Assembly: GCA_913041535.1 (NCBI GenBank)
Contig: CAJWJK010000005.1
Span: forward strand, 8,984 to 72,983
Length of the DNA stretch: 64,000 nt
From: an uncultured Alphaproteobacteria bacterium
GTDB taxonomy: Bacteria > Pseudomonadota > Alphaproteobacteria > VGEJ01
Direction: 5' to 3'
Shown: positions 20,184 through 29,558 of the stretch, in pieces
How the letters are laid out: the number at the start of each line of letters is the position of its first letter
Numbering within the stretch: the first letter of the stretch is position 1
Position numbers and translations under genes: made by a program
The notes under the pieces: generated by a model
What the model was told of the DNA's origin: nothing
What the model saw: only the letters and a program-made list of their open reading frames with translations
Database searches by the model: none

Positions 20184-21569
20184 TTACATAGGGTAGTGCT
20201 CTTCCAACAGTGCAAAGAGGGTTCGTAGTGCCATTGCTTCTCCCCCTTTAGGACGCCCGGGTCTTTCTTTGTCGTTCCAAGCATAAAGGTCAAGGTGAGC
20301 CCAACCTGGTGTATTAGTAACAAACTCTTTTAAAAAAAGTGCGGCGGTTATAGCACCGGCAAATCTGCCACTACCGGTGCTGTCAATATCTGCGATAGGG
20401 CTATCAAGAATCTCTCGGTAAGGTTGCCAGAGGGGCAAGCGCCATAGGGGATCGTGCTTCGTTTTCGAAATGCGCATCAGGTCTTCCGCTAAAGTCTCAT
20501 CGTTTGTGAATAAAGCGGGAAGGTCAGTGCCCAAAGCAACTCTCGCCGAACCCGTTAGCGTGGCGCAATCCACGATTAAATCTGGACACTCACTGTCGGC
20601 TTCGGAGAGAGCATCAGCAAGTATAAGACGACCCTCTGCATCGGTGTCACCAACTTCAACACTGATTCCTTTCCGAGTATGAAGTATATCTCCCGGCCGA
20701 AAAGCATTCCCTGATAGAACATTATCGACGGCTGGGATCAGTGTTCGTAGATAGACAGGAAGGTTGGCGTCCATAATCATTCCGGCAAGAGCTAATACTG
20801 TTGCAGCCCCCCCCATATCTTTTTTCATGCGTCGCATGCCAGCTGAACTCTTTAGATTAAGTCCCCCAGAGTCGAAACAAACGCCCTTGCCCACAAGAGT
20901 AAGCTTAGGATTATTGGCAGATCCCCACTGAAGATCGATGAGACATGGAGGACGAGAGCTGGCACGTCCAACCGCATGGATCGCGGAAAACCCACTTTCC
21001 AAGAGTTCATTGCCTTCTATTACCTTAAACGTTGCCGAGTACTTGCGGGCTACGTTTCGGGCAGTTGATGCCAAGTCATTGGGCCCCATGTCCTCTGCTG
21101 GGGTATTGATAAGGTCTCGAACAAGATAGGTAGCTGTTAATGTGCGGTATATATGTTGACGTTGTGCTGCCTCCGGTACGATAAGGATTGCACGCGTTGC
21201 ATTTATATTTCGGCGATATTCGTTGAATTCATATGCTCCAAGACCCCATCCGATTACGGATTCGGTGAGGTCCAAGGAGTTAATTGCGTCAGAAAGGTGG
21301 TAATGACCATCTGGAAGATTCTTTGCAAGAGCACCAAATGCCCATAGATTGGATTGCTCGCCCAACCCCAATACAACGCCAGCAGGTGATCCATCTTGAT
21401 TCGGGGCAACTAGGTATTGTCCCGAATGGGCCTTGAAATTGTTGGCTGTTAGCCATGATTGCAGCATCGGTGGCTGATCCTGAATCCAATCTTGATAATC
21501 TACAATTCGGACAGGCCAAATCGGTAGTGATGGTGATGGTGATTCAGATATTTGAAAGCGTTCTAGCAT
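20184..21569 (-). CDS. pepA: Leucyl aminopeptidase, M17 family
   Basis: Carries the M17 signature NTDAEGRL (here GDTDAEGRLILADAL) and the VGKGVCFDSGG metal-binding block. Confidence 0.85.
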   Translation of the reverse strand: MLERFQISESPSPSLPIWPVRIVDYQDWIQDQPPMLQSWLTANNFKAHSGQYLVAPNQDGSPAGVVLGLGEQSNLWAFGALAKNLPDGHYHLSDAINSLDLTESVIGWGLGAYEFNEYRRNINATRAILIVPEAAQRQHIYRTLTATYLVRDLINTPAEDMGPNDLASTARNVARKYSATFKVIEGNELLESGFSAIHAVGRASSRPPCLIDLQWGSANNPKLTLVGKGVCFDSGGLNLKSSAGMRRMKKDMGGAATVLALAGMIMDANLPVYLRTLIPAVDNVLSGNAFRPGDILHTRKGISVEVGDTDAEGRLILADALSEADSECPDLIVDCATLTGSARVALGTDLPALFTNDETLAEDLMRISKTKHDPLWRLPLWQPYREILDSPIADIDSTGSGRFAGAITAALFLKEFVTNTPGWAHLDLYAWNDKERPGRPKGGEAMALRTLFALLEEHYPM

Positions 21570-21892
21570 TATTGTAATGCACCTCTAACTTTTCGTTCAT
21601 TCCTGGACAATCAGCTGGTTTAAGTAATGTGACCAAACTTCGTTTCCAGAGCTGCAACTGTTGTATGGCATCAATTTGAATAGATCAAATCCATATGGGT
21701 ATTGATCATTTAATCTGTAATTTTTGACGAGTGGGTTGGCCAGCGTGCACTGTTAGATCACTTGGCTCGCGTCAACAGATTGGACTGATATCTTCGTGTC
21801 CCCATTTCATAGAAAATGTTCTGTTTAAAGCATTTTCATGACTCATTGACGTCTTTCTCATGGCTGACGATTCAGAGATTAGGTGTATCCAT

Positions 21893-23122
21893 TCATTTCA
21901 TTAACACAGCTATGCCGGGAAGTTGCTTTCCTTCCAGCCACTGTAGGAATGCCCCACCACCGGTAGAGAGATAGCTGAAGTCTTGCATTGAGCCGGAGCG
22001 GTGCAGTGCTGACAGAGTGTCACCTCCACCACAAATGCTGATCAATCGATTAGAAGCGGTATACTGGCGCACAGCTGCTGCTACACGATTTGTCGAAGCG
22101 TCAAAAGGTGGTTTTTCAAAGAAACCAAGCGGACCGTTCCAGATCAAGGTATGATATGATCTTACCGCTGTAGCGAGATCATTTGAGGAGTCTAATCCTA
22201 GGTCTAGGATCATTTGATCTGGCGCCACATGGTCAACAGGAACGTTTTGAATGGCATCAACTGAATCTGGCGTGGGTGCCGTGACCACATCCTTAGGTAG
22301 AATGATTCGGCAATTGGTTTCATTGGCTCTTAACTCAATATCCTGAGCAGTGGTGACGAGGCTTGGTTCGCACAAGCTACACCCCACGTCGTAGCCGCGT
22401 GCGAGTAAGAATGTATTAGCCATACCTCCGCCTATGGCGATCGCATCTACCTTAACACATAGATTATCCAGCAAGGTTAGCTTTGTAGAGATTTTGGATC
22501 CACCTACGATGGCTATAACTGGCCGAGTCGGCGCTTCTAATACATTATGAAGTGTGTCTAGCTCAGTCTCCATACTGAGACCTACTACTGCAGGCAGTTG
22601 GCGGGCTAATGCATCAATGGATGCATGTGCACGATGAGAGCAAGAGAAAGCATCGTTTACATATAGATCACCAAGAGCGGCAAGAGCGGTTGCGAACAAT
22701 GAATCATTTTCTTCTTCGCCGGCATGGAAGCGAAGGTTTTCTAAAACCAAGACCTCTCCCTTCCCAAGTCGCTCCACAGCTTGGATAGCTATAGGGCCAA
22801 TGCAGTCTGTAGCAAATTGGACACTGTGTTCTCTGAGTAGCCCTGCTAACGTATCCCAAACTTTAGTTAGTGAAAGGCTGGGGTCACGCTCACCTTTTGG
22901 ACGGCCACGATGAGAAAGTATAACTACTCTTGCGCCTCGTGCCGCAAGATTTCTAATCGTTGGGAGGGTTCGTTCAATTCGTGTTGTATCAGAGATTTCG
23001 CCTTTATCCACTGGTACATTGAGATCCAGCCGCAGAAGAACTCGACGGCCATTAACATCGAGGTCGTTAATCGATTGAACAGCTTTCATGTGAGTTTGAT
23101 TTCTCCACGGTATTATCCCCAT
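21893..23122 (-). CDS. pgk: Phosphoglycerate kinase
   Basis: The N-terminal block RVLLRLDLNVP is present and the length and hinge motifs are typical. Confidence 0.9.
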   Translation of the reverse strand: MGIIPWRNQTHMKAVQSINDLDVNGRRVLLRLDLNVPVDKGEISDTTRIERTLPTIRNLAARGARVVILSHRGRPKGERDPSLSLTKVWDTLAGLLREHSVQFATDCIGPIAIQAVERLGKGEVLVLENLRFHAGEEENDSLFATALAALGDLYVNDAFSCSHRAHASIDALARQLPAVVGLSMETELDTLHNVLEAPTRPVIAIVGGSKISTKLTLLDNLCVKVDAIAIGGGMANTFLLARGYDVGCSLCEPSLVTTAQDIELRANETNCRIILPKDVVTAPTPDSVDAIQNVPVDHVAPDQMILDLGLDSSNDLATAVRSYHTLIWNGPLGFFEKPPFDASTNRVAAAVRQYTASNRLISICGGGDTLSALHRSGSMQDFSYLSTGGGAFLQWLEGKQLPGIAVLMK

Positions 23123-24123
23123 AGTTCCGATGGGGGCGTCTGCATCTCGCTGCCATTGTAGACAATACCTGGAGTTCGATCATTAGCGAGTAGGAGAGGC
23201 CCATCGAGGTCAATAAAGGTAGCAAACTGTGTAATCAAGTGTGCGGGTGCCATTGCCAGAGAAGTTCCGACCATGCAGCCTACCATAATCTTCAACTTTA
23301 AGGTTTTTGCCAACTTTGTCATCGCTATTGCTTCCGATAAGCCCCCAGTTTTATCGAGTTTAATATTTATGTAATCGTAACGCATAGGAAGGGTTGATAG
23401 CGTTGAACAGTCATGGCAGGACTCATCGGCACAGATTGCAATGGGAAGGTTCATATCAGTCAAAGCGTCATCTTCGCCAGCGGGCAGCGGTTGTTCAACT
23501 AGCTCGACTCGAGCTGCTACCAGAATGGGGGCAAGCGCCTCGAGTGTATCAGATGTCCAGCCTTCATTAGCGTCAATGATAATGCGTGAGTTGGGAGCAT
23601 AACGCCTTACGGATTTTACCCGATCCGCGTCACCATCGGTGCCAAGTTTGAGTTTAAGTAGCGGTCGGTGAGATGCCTCCAGTGCTGCCCTTCCCATGGC
23701 TTCTGGAGTGTCTAATGAAAGAGTATAAGCAGTAGTACATGGTCCTGGTTGATTTATCCCAAGGATTTCCCATACAGATTTTCCAGACTTCTTTGCTGAG
23801 AGGTCCCAGAGTGCGCAGTCAACCGCATTTCTTGCCGCGCCCGCAGGCAGTAGTTCCTGTAATTCGGTTACAGTAATGCCGGCCGTAATATCAGCACGGA
23901 TGCTCTCAATGGTTTGAAGAGTCAGAGATGGGCTTTCTCCATATCGGCTGTATGGGACGCACTCGCCTCGCCCTGTAATTTCATCTTCTGTAATCGCGAC
24001 AACAATGACTTCGGTCGTGGTTCGTGTGCCACGGGAGATGGTGAATGCATTCTCGAATTGCCAGTTCTCAAGTCTGGCATCGAGTTGGCGTCGTTTAGAG
24101 AAGTTTGTCAACGATTGGTCCAA
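23113..24123 (-). CDS. Enolase-superfamily dipeptide epimerase-like protein (candidate N-acetyl-D-glutamate racemase, DgcA-like)
   Basis: MR/MLE fold with metal ligands (KLKLG…IIDANEGW…DESC). It overlaps both the upstream DUF1611 gene and downstream pgk. Confidence 0.7.
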   Translation of the reverse strand: MDQSLTNFSKRRQLDARLENWQFENAFTISRGTRTTTEVIVVAITEDEITGRGECVPYSRYGESPSLTLQTIESIRADITAGITVTELQELLPAGAARNAVDCALWDLSAKKSGKSVWEILGINQPGPCTTAYTLSLDTPEAMGRAALEASHRPLLKLKLGTDGDADRVKSVRRYAPNSRIIIDANEGWTSDTLEALAPILVAARVELVEQPLPAGEDDALTDMNLPIAICADESCHDCSTLSTLPMRYDYINIKLDKTGGLSEAIAMTKLAKTLKLKIMVGCMVGTSLAMAPAHLITQFATFIDLDGPLLLANDRTPGIVYNGSEMQTPPSELWG

Positions 24124-25102
24124 CGCCCCCTATCATAGGGTCAACACAAGGAATCTCCATTGCCTGGCTCGTACGTTCTAATATCTGCTTGGAAGCATCA
24201 GAATCAAGGTTACTTGTATTCATGCTGATTCCAACAATGCGAGCATTGCTGTTTGTAAGGTGGGCGCTTTTCAAATTGGCTTGAAGGCATTCTTGTATAC
24301 TAGGAATAGGGTAGTTAGGCAGGCCGCGCATGTGCTCTCTTGTTGGTTCATGGCAGAGAACCAGAGCATCGGGTTGCGCTCCGTGGAGTAACCCTAGACT
24401 TACTCCAGCGTATGCTGGATGAAACAAAGAGCCTTGACCCTCTATCAAATCCCACGAGTTCTTGTCTGTAGAAGGAGAAAGCCATTCAGTAGCGCCGGAA
24501 ATGAAGTCTGCTACAACCGCATCTACGGAGACGCCATTGCCTGCAATGAAAATACCTGTTTGACCAGTCGCTCTAAAAGTGGCGTCTACATTACGGGCCC
24601 TTAATTCTTTTTCAATAGCAAGGGCAGTATACATCTTTCCACAGCTGCAGTCAGTTCCGACTGTGAGCAAGCGCTTTCCTTGGCGTTTGACACCCGTGCC
24701 AGTCCCGAAGGATCGATTGGGATGACGGACATCGACAATTTGTCGGTCATTTAATCGAGCAACTTCACTCACTTGGGCAATTTCAGAAAGGCGCATATGT
24801 AGGCCGCTAGCTATGTCCAACCCCTTTTCAAGAGCCTCTACCATTGTTGAGACCCAGTTGTCAGGGATGAAACCACCTTGGTTAGCGACACCGATCACCA
24901 GTGTTTTTGCACCTCTTTGAGTTGCTTCCTCAATGCTCAGGTCTTCGAGGCCAAGGTTGGCGTTGCAGTTTGGAAGCCTAATCTGTCCCAAGCACCACGA
25001 AGGCCGCCAATATGCCACACCAGCAGCTGTTTTTGCAGCTAATTGGTCCCGAGCGTCACCAAGAAAAAGTAGATATGGAGTTCTTAATGTCGATTCGCTC
25101 AT
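24095..25102 (-). CDS. DUF1611 family protein (candidate D-glutamate N-acetyltransferase, DgcN-like)
   Basis: Has the conserved N-terminus PYLLFLGDA…AKTA.G..WRP and the GTDCSCGKMYTALAIEKEL block typical of DUF1611. It is paired with an MR/MLE epimerase, as in described dgcN-dgcA loci. Confidence 0.7.
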   Translation of the reverse strand: MSESTLRTPYLLFLGDARDQLAAKTAAGVAYWRPSWCLGQIRLPNCNANLGLEDLSIEEATQRGAKTLVIGVANQGGFIPDNWVSTMVEALEKGLDIASGLHMRLSEIAQVSEVARLNDRQIVDVRHPNRSFGTGTGVKRQGKRLLTVGTDCSCGKMYTALAIEKELRARNVDATFRATGQTGIFIAGNGVSVDAVVADFISGATEWLSPSTDKNSWDLIEGQGSLFHPAYAGVSLGLLHGAQPDALVLCHEPTREHMRGLPNYPIPSIQECLQANLKSAHLTNSNARIVGISMNTSNLDSDASKQILERTSQAMEIPCVDPMIGGVGPIVDKLL

Positions 25103-25710
25103 TCGTCCTCTATTTGTTTTTCATTGAGTGCATCGTCTTCATGAATCAAAGAATCAAGCCGCCTTCGTTCTGCCGTTTCTGCAGCTCGGTATTCATTACT
25201 TGCCCACACTCTGTAATTTCCTCGCTTGTATCCCATCGCGTTCTGGTAGTATGCAAATGCGTTCAGCCGATTTGCAACAAAGTTATCACGTCGGCCAACA
25301 GCTTGTGCTGGAATACCAACGACTACTGAATCACTTGGTACCGAGGTGTTTTCTGGAACAACCGCACCGGCGCCAATAACGCAATTTGGTCCAATATTAC
25401 ATCCATCCATGACTGTTGAATTTATGCCAATAAGGCAGTTCTCGCCAACCACCGCACCGTGAATTGTTGCGTGGTGCGCAATCGAGCAATACGGTCCTAT
25501 ACGAACCCCATGGCTAAAACCGACATGAATCATAACAAAGTCTTGAATATTCGTGTATGGGCCTATCTCTACTGCGTGAACTTCAGCTCTTATGACTGCA
25601 TTATGCCATATTGAGCTTCCTTCACCTAAATGGATTTTTCCGAAAAGGCTGGCTGTGGGATGGATAAATGTTGCCTTTTCACTTGAAATTGACTCAGTTC
25701 TTCCAGTCAT
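25099..25710 (-). CDS. Gamma-carbonic anhydrase / hexapeptide-repeat family protein with an acidic C-terminal tail
   Basis: Left-handed beta-helix hexapeptide repeats with a His triad region (HHATIHGA). Start taken at the internal Met (MTGRTES), because the longer ORF overlaps the mlaA 3' end. The last ~40 aa (…RRRLDSLIHEDDALNEKQIEDE) are atypical. Confidence 0.75.
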   Translation of the reverse strand: MTGRTESISSEKATFIHPTASLFGKIHLGEGSSIWHNAVIRAEVHAVEIGPYTNIQDFVMIHVGFSHGVRIGPYCSIAHHATIHGAVVGENCLIGINSTVMDGCNIGPNCVIGAGAVVPENTSVPSDSVVVGIPAQAVGRRDNFVANRLNAFAYYQNAMGYKRGNYRVWASNEYRAAETAERRRLDSLIHEDDALNEKQIEDE

Positions 25711-25723
25711 TCTTTGGTTGCCC

Positions 25724-26803
25724 TCAGTCGATCGCATCGAATAAGGAGTTGATGTCTGGACCATCGGCAATATCGTTACCTTTGAGAAATAGTTGCCGAT
25801 TTTGGAGGTATAAACTCCGAATGGAAGCATAGTAATCGATAGATGTAGTGCGAAGGTCTTCTAGTGGAATCAATAGTGCTTCGCGCTTATGAACTGTTTC
25901 TGCTGTCGCGATTACTGTATTGGCCCCAGTGGGTAACAGATAGGTGCGAGGATTTAAAAAAATGTCCACAGCTACACCAACGCTGTCGCGCACGGTATTA
26001 GGTCCAAAAAGTGGTAGTACTAGATATGGCCCTGACTCTGCACCGTATGTATACAATGTTTGACCGAAATCAGCTGCCTGGTGAGGTATGCCTAAATCAT
26101 GTGCTATATCAAAGAGGCCAAGCACACCTAGTGTAGAATTGATGGTGAAACGCCCAGTGGTGGCTGCGGCACCTGAGATCTCTAGTTGTAGGAGTTGGTT
26201 TGCTGTGACGATTGGCAGTGACAGATTATCAAAGAAGTTTCCTACTCGGAATTTGATGGTTGCTGGGGTGATGAATCCGTAGAATGCTGATAATGGCCGA
26301 AAAACATAAACGTCCACTCCGTCGTTAAACGCAAATATCGCACGATTGAGCTCCTCAAGTGGGTCATTTACCGAACCTGTTTTGGTGGGACTAAATGGGC
26401 GTTTTTTTGTACTTTGCACGATTGGTTGGTCAACCCCTAGTCTGGGGAAGGCTTCATGTGCTCTCCTCATAATGCCGATTCGGAATTCTGGCATTGTATC
26501 AACTGCCTCGGATATGATGCTCTCGGCTAGAGTTGGATGTGTAGAAATTAGATGAACTACAATGCTGCTTATTGTTGATTCAGCTCGAGCTGTTGCCTTG
26601 GATACAAAGGACGCCCTGAGGTTTCGGTCCCCAAGCCTTTTTGCCAGTAGTGTCTCTTGATCTAGAAGGTGACGAGCTTGGAGAGCAGTTTGTTGTATGC
26701 GTGTCGTTAATGGTGACGGTAGAGTAGCATTAGCGAAAGAACTTTGAAACATGATCAAGGCGGCAAAAAGAATCCACAGATATTGTTTATGGGAGTAAAA
26801 CAT
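25724..26803 (-). CDS. mlaA: MlaA/VacJ family outer-membrane lipoprotein
   Basis: It has a signal peptide and VacJ-like core motifs (NDPLEELNRAIFAFND, GPYLVLPLFGPNTVRD). Confidence 0.8.
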   Translation of the reverse strand: MFYSHKQYLWILFAALIMFQSSFANATLPSPLTTRIQQTALQARHLLDQETLLAKRLGDRNLRASFVSKATARAESTISSIVVHLISTHPTLAESIISEAVDTMPEFRIGIMRRAHEAFPRLGVDQPIVQSTKKRPFSPTKTGSVNDPLEELNRAIFAFNDGVDVYVFRPLSAFYGFITPATIKFRVGNFFDNLSLPIVTANQLLQLEISGAAATTGRFTINSTLGVLGLFDIAHDLGIPHQAADFGQTLYTYGAESGPYLVLPLFGPNTVRDSVGVAVDIFLNPRTYLLPTGANTVIATAETVHKREALLIPLEDLRTTSIDYYASIRSLYLQNRQLFLKGNDIADGPDINSLFDAID

Positions 26804-26813
26804 TGGTCAGACG

Positions 26814-27644
26814 CTATGGTTTCTGTTCGTTGGCTTGCCAATCATTCACAAGTATTTCAGCCTGTTCTATGTCACCAACACTCATTTGTTTCCTCAAGTT
26901 AATAACCACCTGTGCAGCATCGTCTAATCCTTGCCGAGCAGCAAGTGTGACCCATTTTAGGGCTTGAATGTCACTTTGCATGACACCTTGGCCCAGTGCA
27001 TACCTCATCCCTAAGGCTCGTTGGGCACGTGCGTGACCCTTATCAGATGCGTTACGTAACCATTTCGCGGCGAGCGGGAGATTAACGTTTGTGCCTATGC
27101 CGTCACGATACATCTTGCCGATGTTGTATGCGGCGGGCGGAAAACCTGCCCTAGCAGACTTCATTATCCAAAAGAAACCCAATTGCTCATCGACATTGAC
27201 ACCCAACCCAGCCAAATACATCTTGCCAAGTGTGTACTGAGATTGTGGCAAGTGCTGGTTAGCTGCTTTCTGAAACCAGACTGCTGCCTGTTTGTAATCT
27301 ATAGGGAGTGCAGCCCCAGAGATGTAGTTACTAGCCAAATTATGCTGAGCTGGTGCAAAACCAAGGGCGGCGGAGTTTTTCCAGTATAGAATAGCTTTGT
27401 TGATGTCCTGCGTTATCCCGCGACCATCGTCATACATGACGCCAAGATTAAACTGGGCTCGTGCATCGCCAGAATTGGCAAGCGGCAGCCATTCTTGGAT
27501 TGCGGCGTGAAAGTCACCACGTTGGTACGCTAACCAGCCTTTCTCGAAGTTGTTTGCGTTGGTAGTATGAATGCTCAGTATTTCAAAAGCGATGATGGCA
27601 CCAACAATGAAAGTCAAAGTTCGTATTTTCATAATATGTTTCAT
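26814..27644 (-). CDS. Sel1-like repeat (TPR-like) secreted protein
   Basis: A signal peptide is followed by at least five Sel1 repeats (AQFNLGVMYDDGRG…, AQHNLASNY…, SQYTLGKMY…, AAYNIGKMY…, AQRALGMRY…). Confidence 0.8.
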   Translation of the reverse strand: MKHIMKIRTLTFIVGAIIAFEILSIHTTNANNFEKGWLAYQRGDFHAAIQEWLPLANSGDARAQFNLGVMYDDGRGITQDINKAILYWKNSAALGFAPAQHNLASNYISGAALPIDYKQAAVWFQKAANQHLPQSQYTLGKMYLAGLGVNVDEQLGFFWIMKSARAGFPPAAYNIGKMYRDGIGTNVNLPLAAKWLRNASDKGHARAQRALGMRYALGQGVMQSDIQALKWVTLAARQGLDDAAQVVINLRKQMSVGDIEQAEILVNDWQANEQKP

Positions 27645-28285
27645 TTAACGGTTGCGGTCATCTTTTCAGTTCTAGCACGTAACATCTTAATGAGACCTTC
27701 GACTCCGCGGCTTTGGATTACAGCTGCGAATTCATCGCGCTGGGTAACAGCCATACTTATTCCTTCCACCATCACATCGATGATGCGGAATTGAGAGCCT
27801 GCTAATCGAACACGCCAGTGAGCATCGATTTTCGATCCCTTGGGTCGGTTTATACGAGTATGGACCAATATATCCTTTTTCCCCGCTGTTTATGCTGAGA
27901 TAATATCCATTGTTTCGCCAGCATAGCCACCGAAGCGAATTGAGTAGGTCCTCAACACGTATTTTCCAAAAACCTCTTGAAAAATGCTCTTTTGTGTATG
28001 GTCTGCGCGACGCCAGTGTCGACCAAGTGTAAAGCGGGCTATAAATGGAAGGTCGAAGCTGTTACGAAGCAAATTACGAAAACGTTCTTCACGTTGATCA
28101 AGTGTACCATCTTTTGAACTGAGAATGGCAAGTGCCTTATGTCCAAGGTCATTGATGAAGTGTGATGCTGCTTCGGTGGATGCGTCTGTCGTGTTTTGCG
28201 TGCTTATCGTAATGGCCAGCGCAATCAACGCTATCTTGCACATTTGACGTACAATCCTGAAAATACACAGCGATTTTATGGCCAT
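27641..28285 (-). pseudogene. mlaC: MlaC/Ttg2D periplasmic phospholipid-binding protein interrupted by one in-frame TAA
   Basis: The two listed ORFs (27890-28285 and 27641-27868) are in the same frame and together align end to end with MlaC (…YSIRFGGYAGETMDIISA*TAGKKDILVHTRINRPKGSKIDAHWRV…). They are separated only by the TAA at 27889-27891. Confidence 0.7.
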
Positions 28286-28411
28286 CTAATCGTAATTCTC
28301 AATTAGCCCTGCAGCCGCTCAGCATGATTAAATGATGGGCATTCGGGTTTTGTCGTTTCTATGGTCTTTGAAGTATGGGTGTTATTTGGTGTTGTCGCAA
28401 TAATATCGATT

Positions 28412-29431
28412 CTAATCAGGGTGCTTATCTGTCCTACTTGCAGAAAGATAATCGAGACGGCTAGCTGATTGGATAGTTACCTCTCGGACGGCAGTTTCAG
28501 TTAGCAACATTAACGTTAGCTCAACGCCGGAATCACCTAGAGACCAAACTCGTCTCAAAAAGTCAGCTAGGGAAACCACGGGTTCGCCAGAAACTCCAAG
28601 TATGACGTCTCCATCACGTACGCCTGCCCGTTCAGCAGGAGAATCTGGAGAGACGCGAGTAACGACAAGGCGGCCAAGGCTCTCACCTGTAAACACCCCT
28701 AGCCAAGGGCGCTGAGGCCGTAAAGGTCGTCCGTGCGTTATCAGATCATCCATCACGGGTTTTAAAGCATTGATTGGCATAAACATGTTTCCTGGTAATG
28801 GAGCATGGTCTGTCAGGGCATTATTAACCATCAAAGAGCCGATTCCACCAAGATGGCCATCACGGCCAATCAGTGCAGCGCCGGCCCAGTTGTCATGAGG
28901 TGGTGTTGTATAAATGGCTTGATCGAGAAGGTATTCCCAGTAACCTGCAAATTGTCTTCTAGACACGATATATGCACCAGTTACAGCCTGGCTTCCACCG
29001 GCTGAAATAAGCATGACTGGTTCGCGCTCGATCAATTCGTCAGAGTTTCCAAGCATGATTGGCTTTAGGTTTAGCTGCTCGTCAGTTCGTATAAGGCCAA
29101 ATCCAGATTCGTGGTCGTACCCCACGACAACAGCACGAATCAAAGTATCATCTTTTATTTTAACCGCAACGGTGTGAGCCTCAACTATAAGATATCCCAC
29201 CGTGAGAATTAGACCAGTATCGTCTACAACTACACCACACCCTTCTCTGTATGTGCCAAGCGCTTCAGCGGTACGAGCAGATGGGGGAATTTCGGCAGAG
29301 ACTTTTATTACCGATTCCAGTATGGCGGGGTTTAGTGCGGGTGAGTTCTTTGGGCGACCAGCTGTGGATAACGTGGACGGCACTACTAGCGGTAACATGG
29401 ACCCTGGGCAAGAAAGTAGGTATGAATTCAT
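28412..29431 (-). CDS. HtrA/DegP-like trypsin-fold plus PDZ protein in which the catalytic His, Asp and Ser are all substituted (predicted pseudoprotease)
   Basis: It aligns with S1C proteases: GCGVVVDDTGLILTVGYL versus GSGVI…GYIITNKHV (His to Tyr); VGYDHESGFGLIRT versus VGSDSLTDLAVLKI (Asp to Gly); DNWAGAALIGRDGHLGGIG versus GNSGGALVNSLGELMGIN (Ser to Trp). The C-terminal PDZ region is intact (LGVFTGE…GVRDGDVILGVSGEPV). Confidence 0.7.
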   Translation of the reverse strand: MNSYLLSCPGSMLPLVVPSTLSTAGRPKNSPALNPAILESVIKVSAEIPPSARTAEALGTYREGCGVVVDDTGLILTVGYLIVEAHTVAVKIKDDTLIRAVVVGYDHESGFGLIRTDEQLNLKPIMLGNSDELIEREPVMLISAGGSQAVTGAYIVSRRQFAGYWEYLLDQAIYTTPPHDNWAGAALIGRDGHLGGIGSLMVNNALTDHAPLPGNMFMPINALKPVMDDLITHGRPLRPQRPWLGVFTGESLGRLVVTRVSPDSPAERAGVRDGDVILGVSGEPVVSLADFLRRVWSLGDSGVELTLMLLTETAVREVTIQSASRLDYLSASRTDKHPD

Positions 29432-29529
29432 GACTGAAGGATCTGCTTAACGGTGGTGAGTATGTACATCCTAACTCTTCCGCACTACATTTGGCCAATT
29501 AAAGGGGTCATTTGTTGTGCCATTGGCCG

Positions 29530-29558
29530 TTGACAAGGCATCGTGCCTTGGGGATATT
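29530..29558 (+). promoter_or_regulatory. Candidate sigma70-type promoter for rplU-rpmA, with a 7-bp perfect palindrome in the spacer
   Basis: TTGACA (29530-29535), a 17-nt spacer, then GATATT (29553-29558), lying ~70 nt upstream of rplU. The spacer contains CAAGGCAtcgTGCCTTG. Confidence 0.35.
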
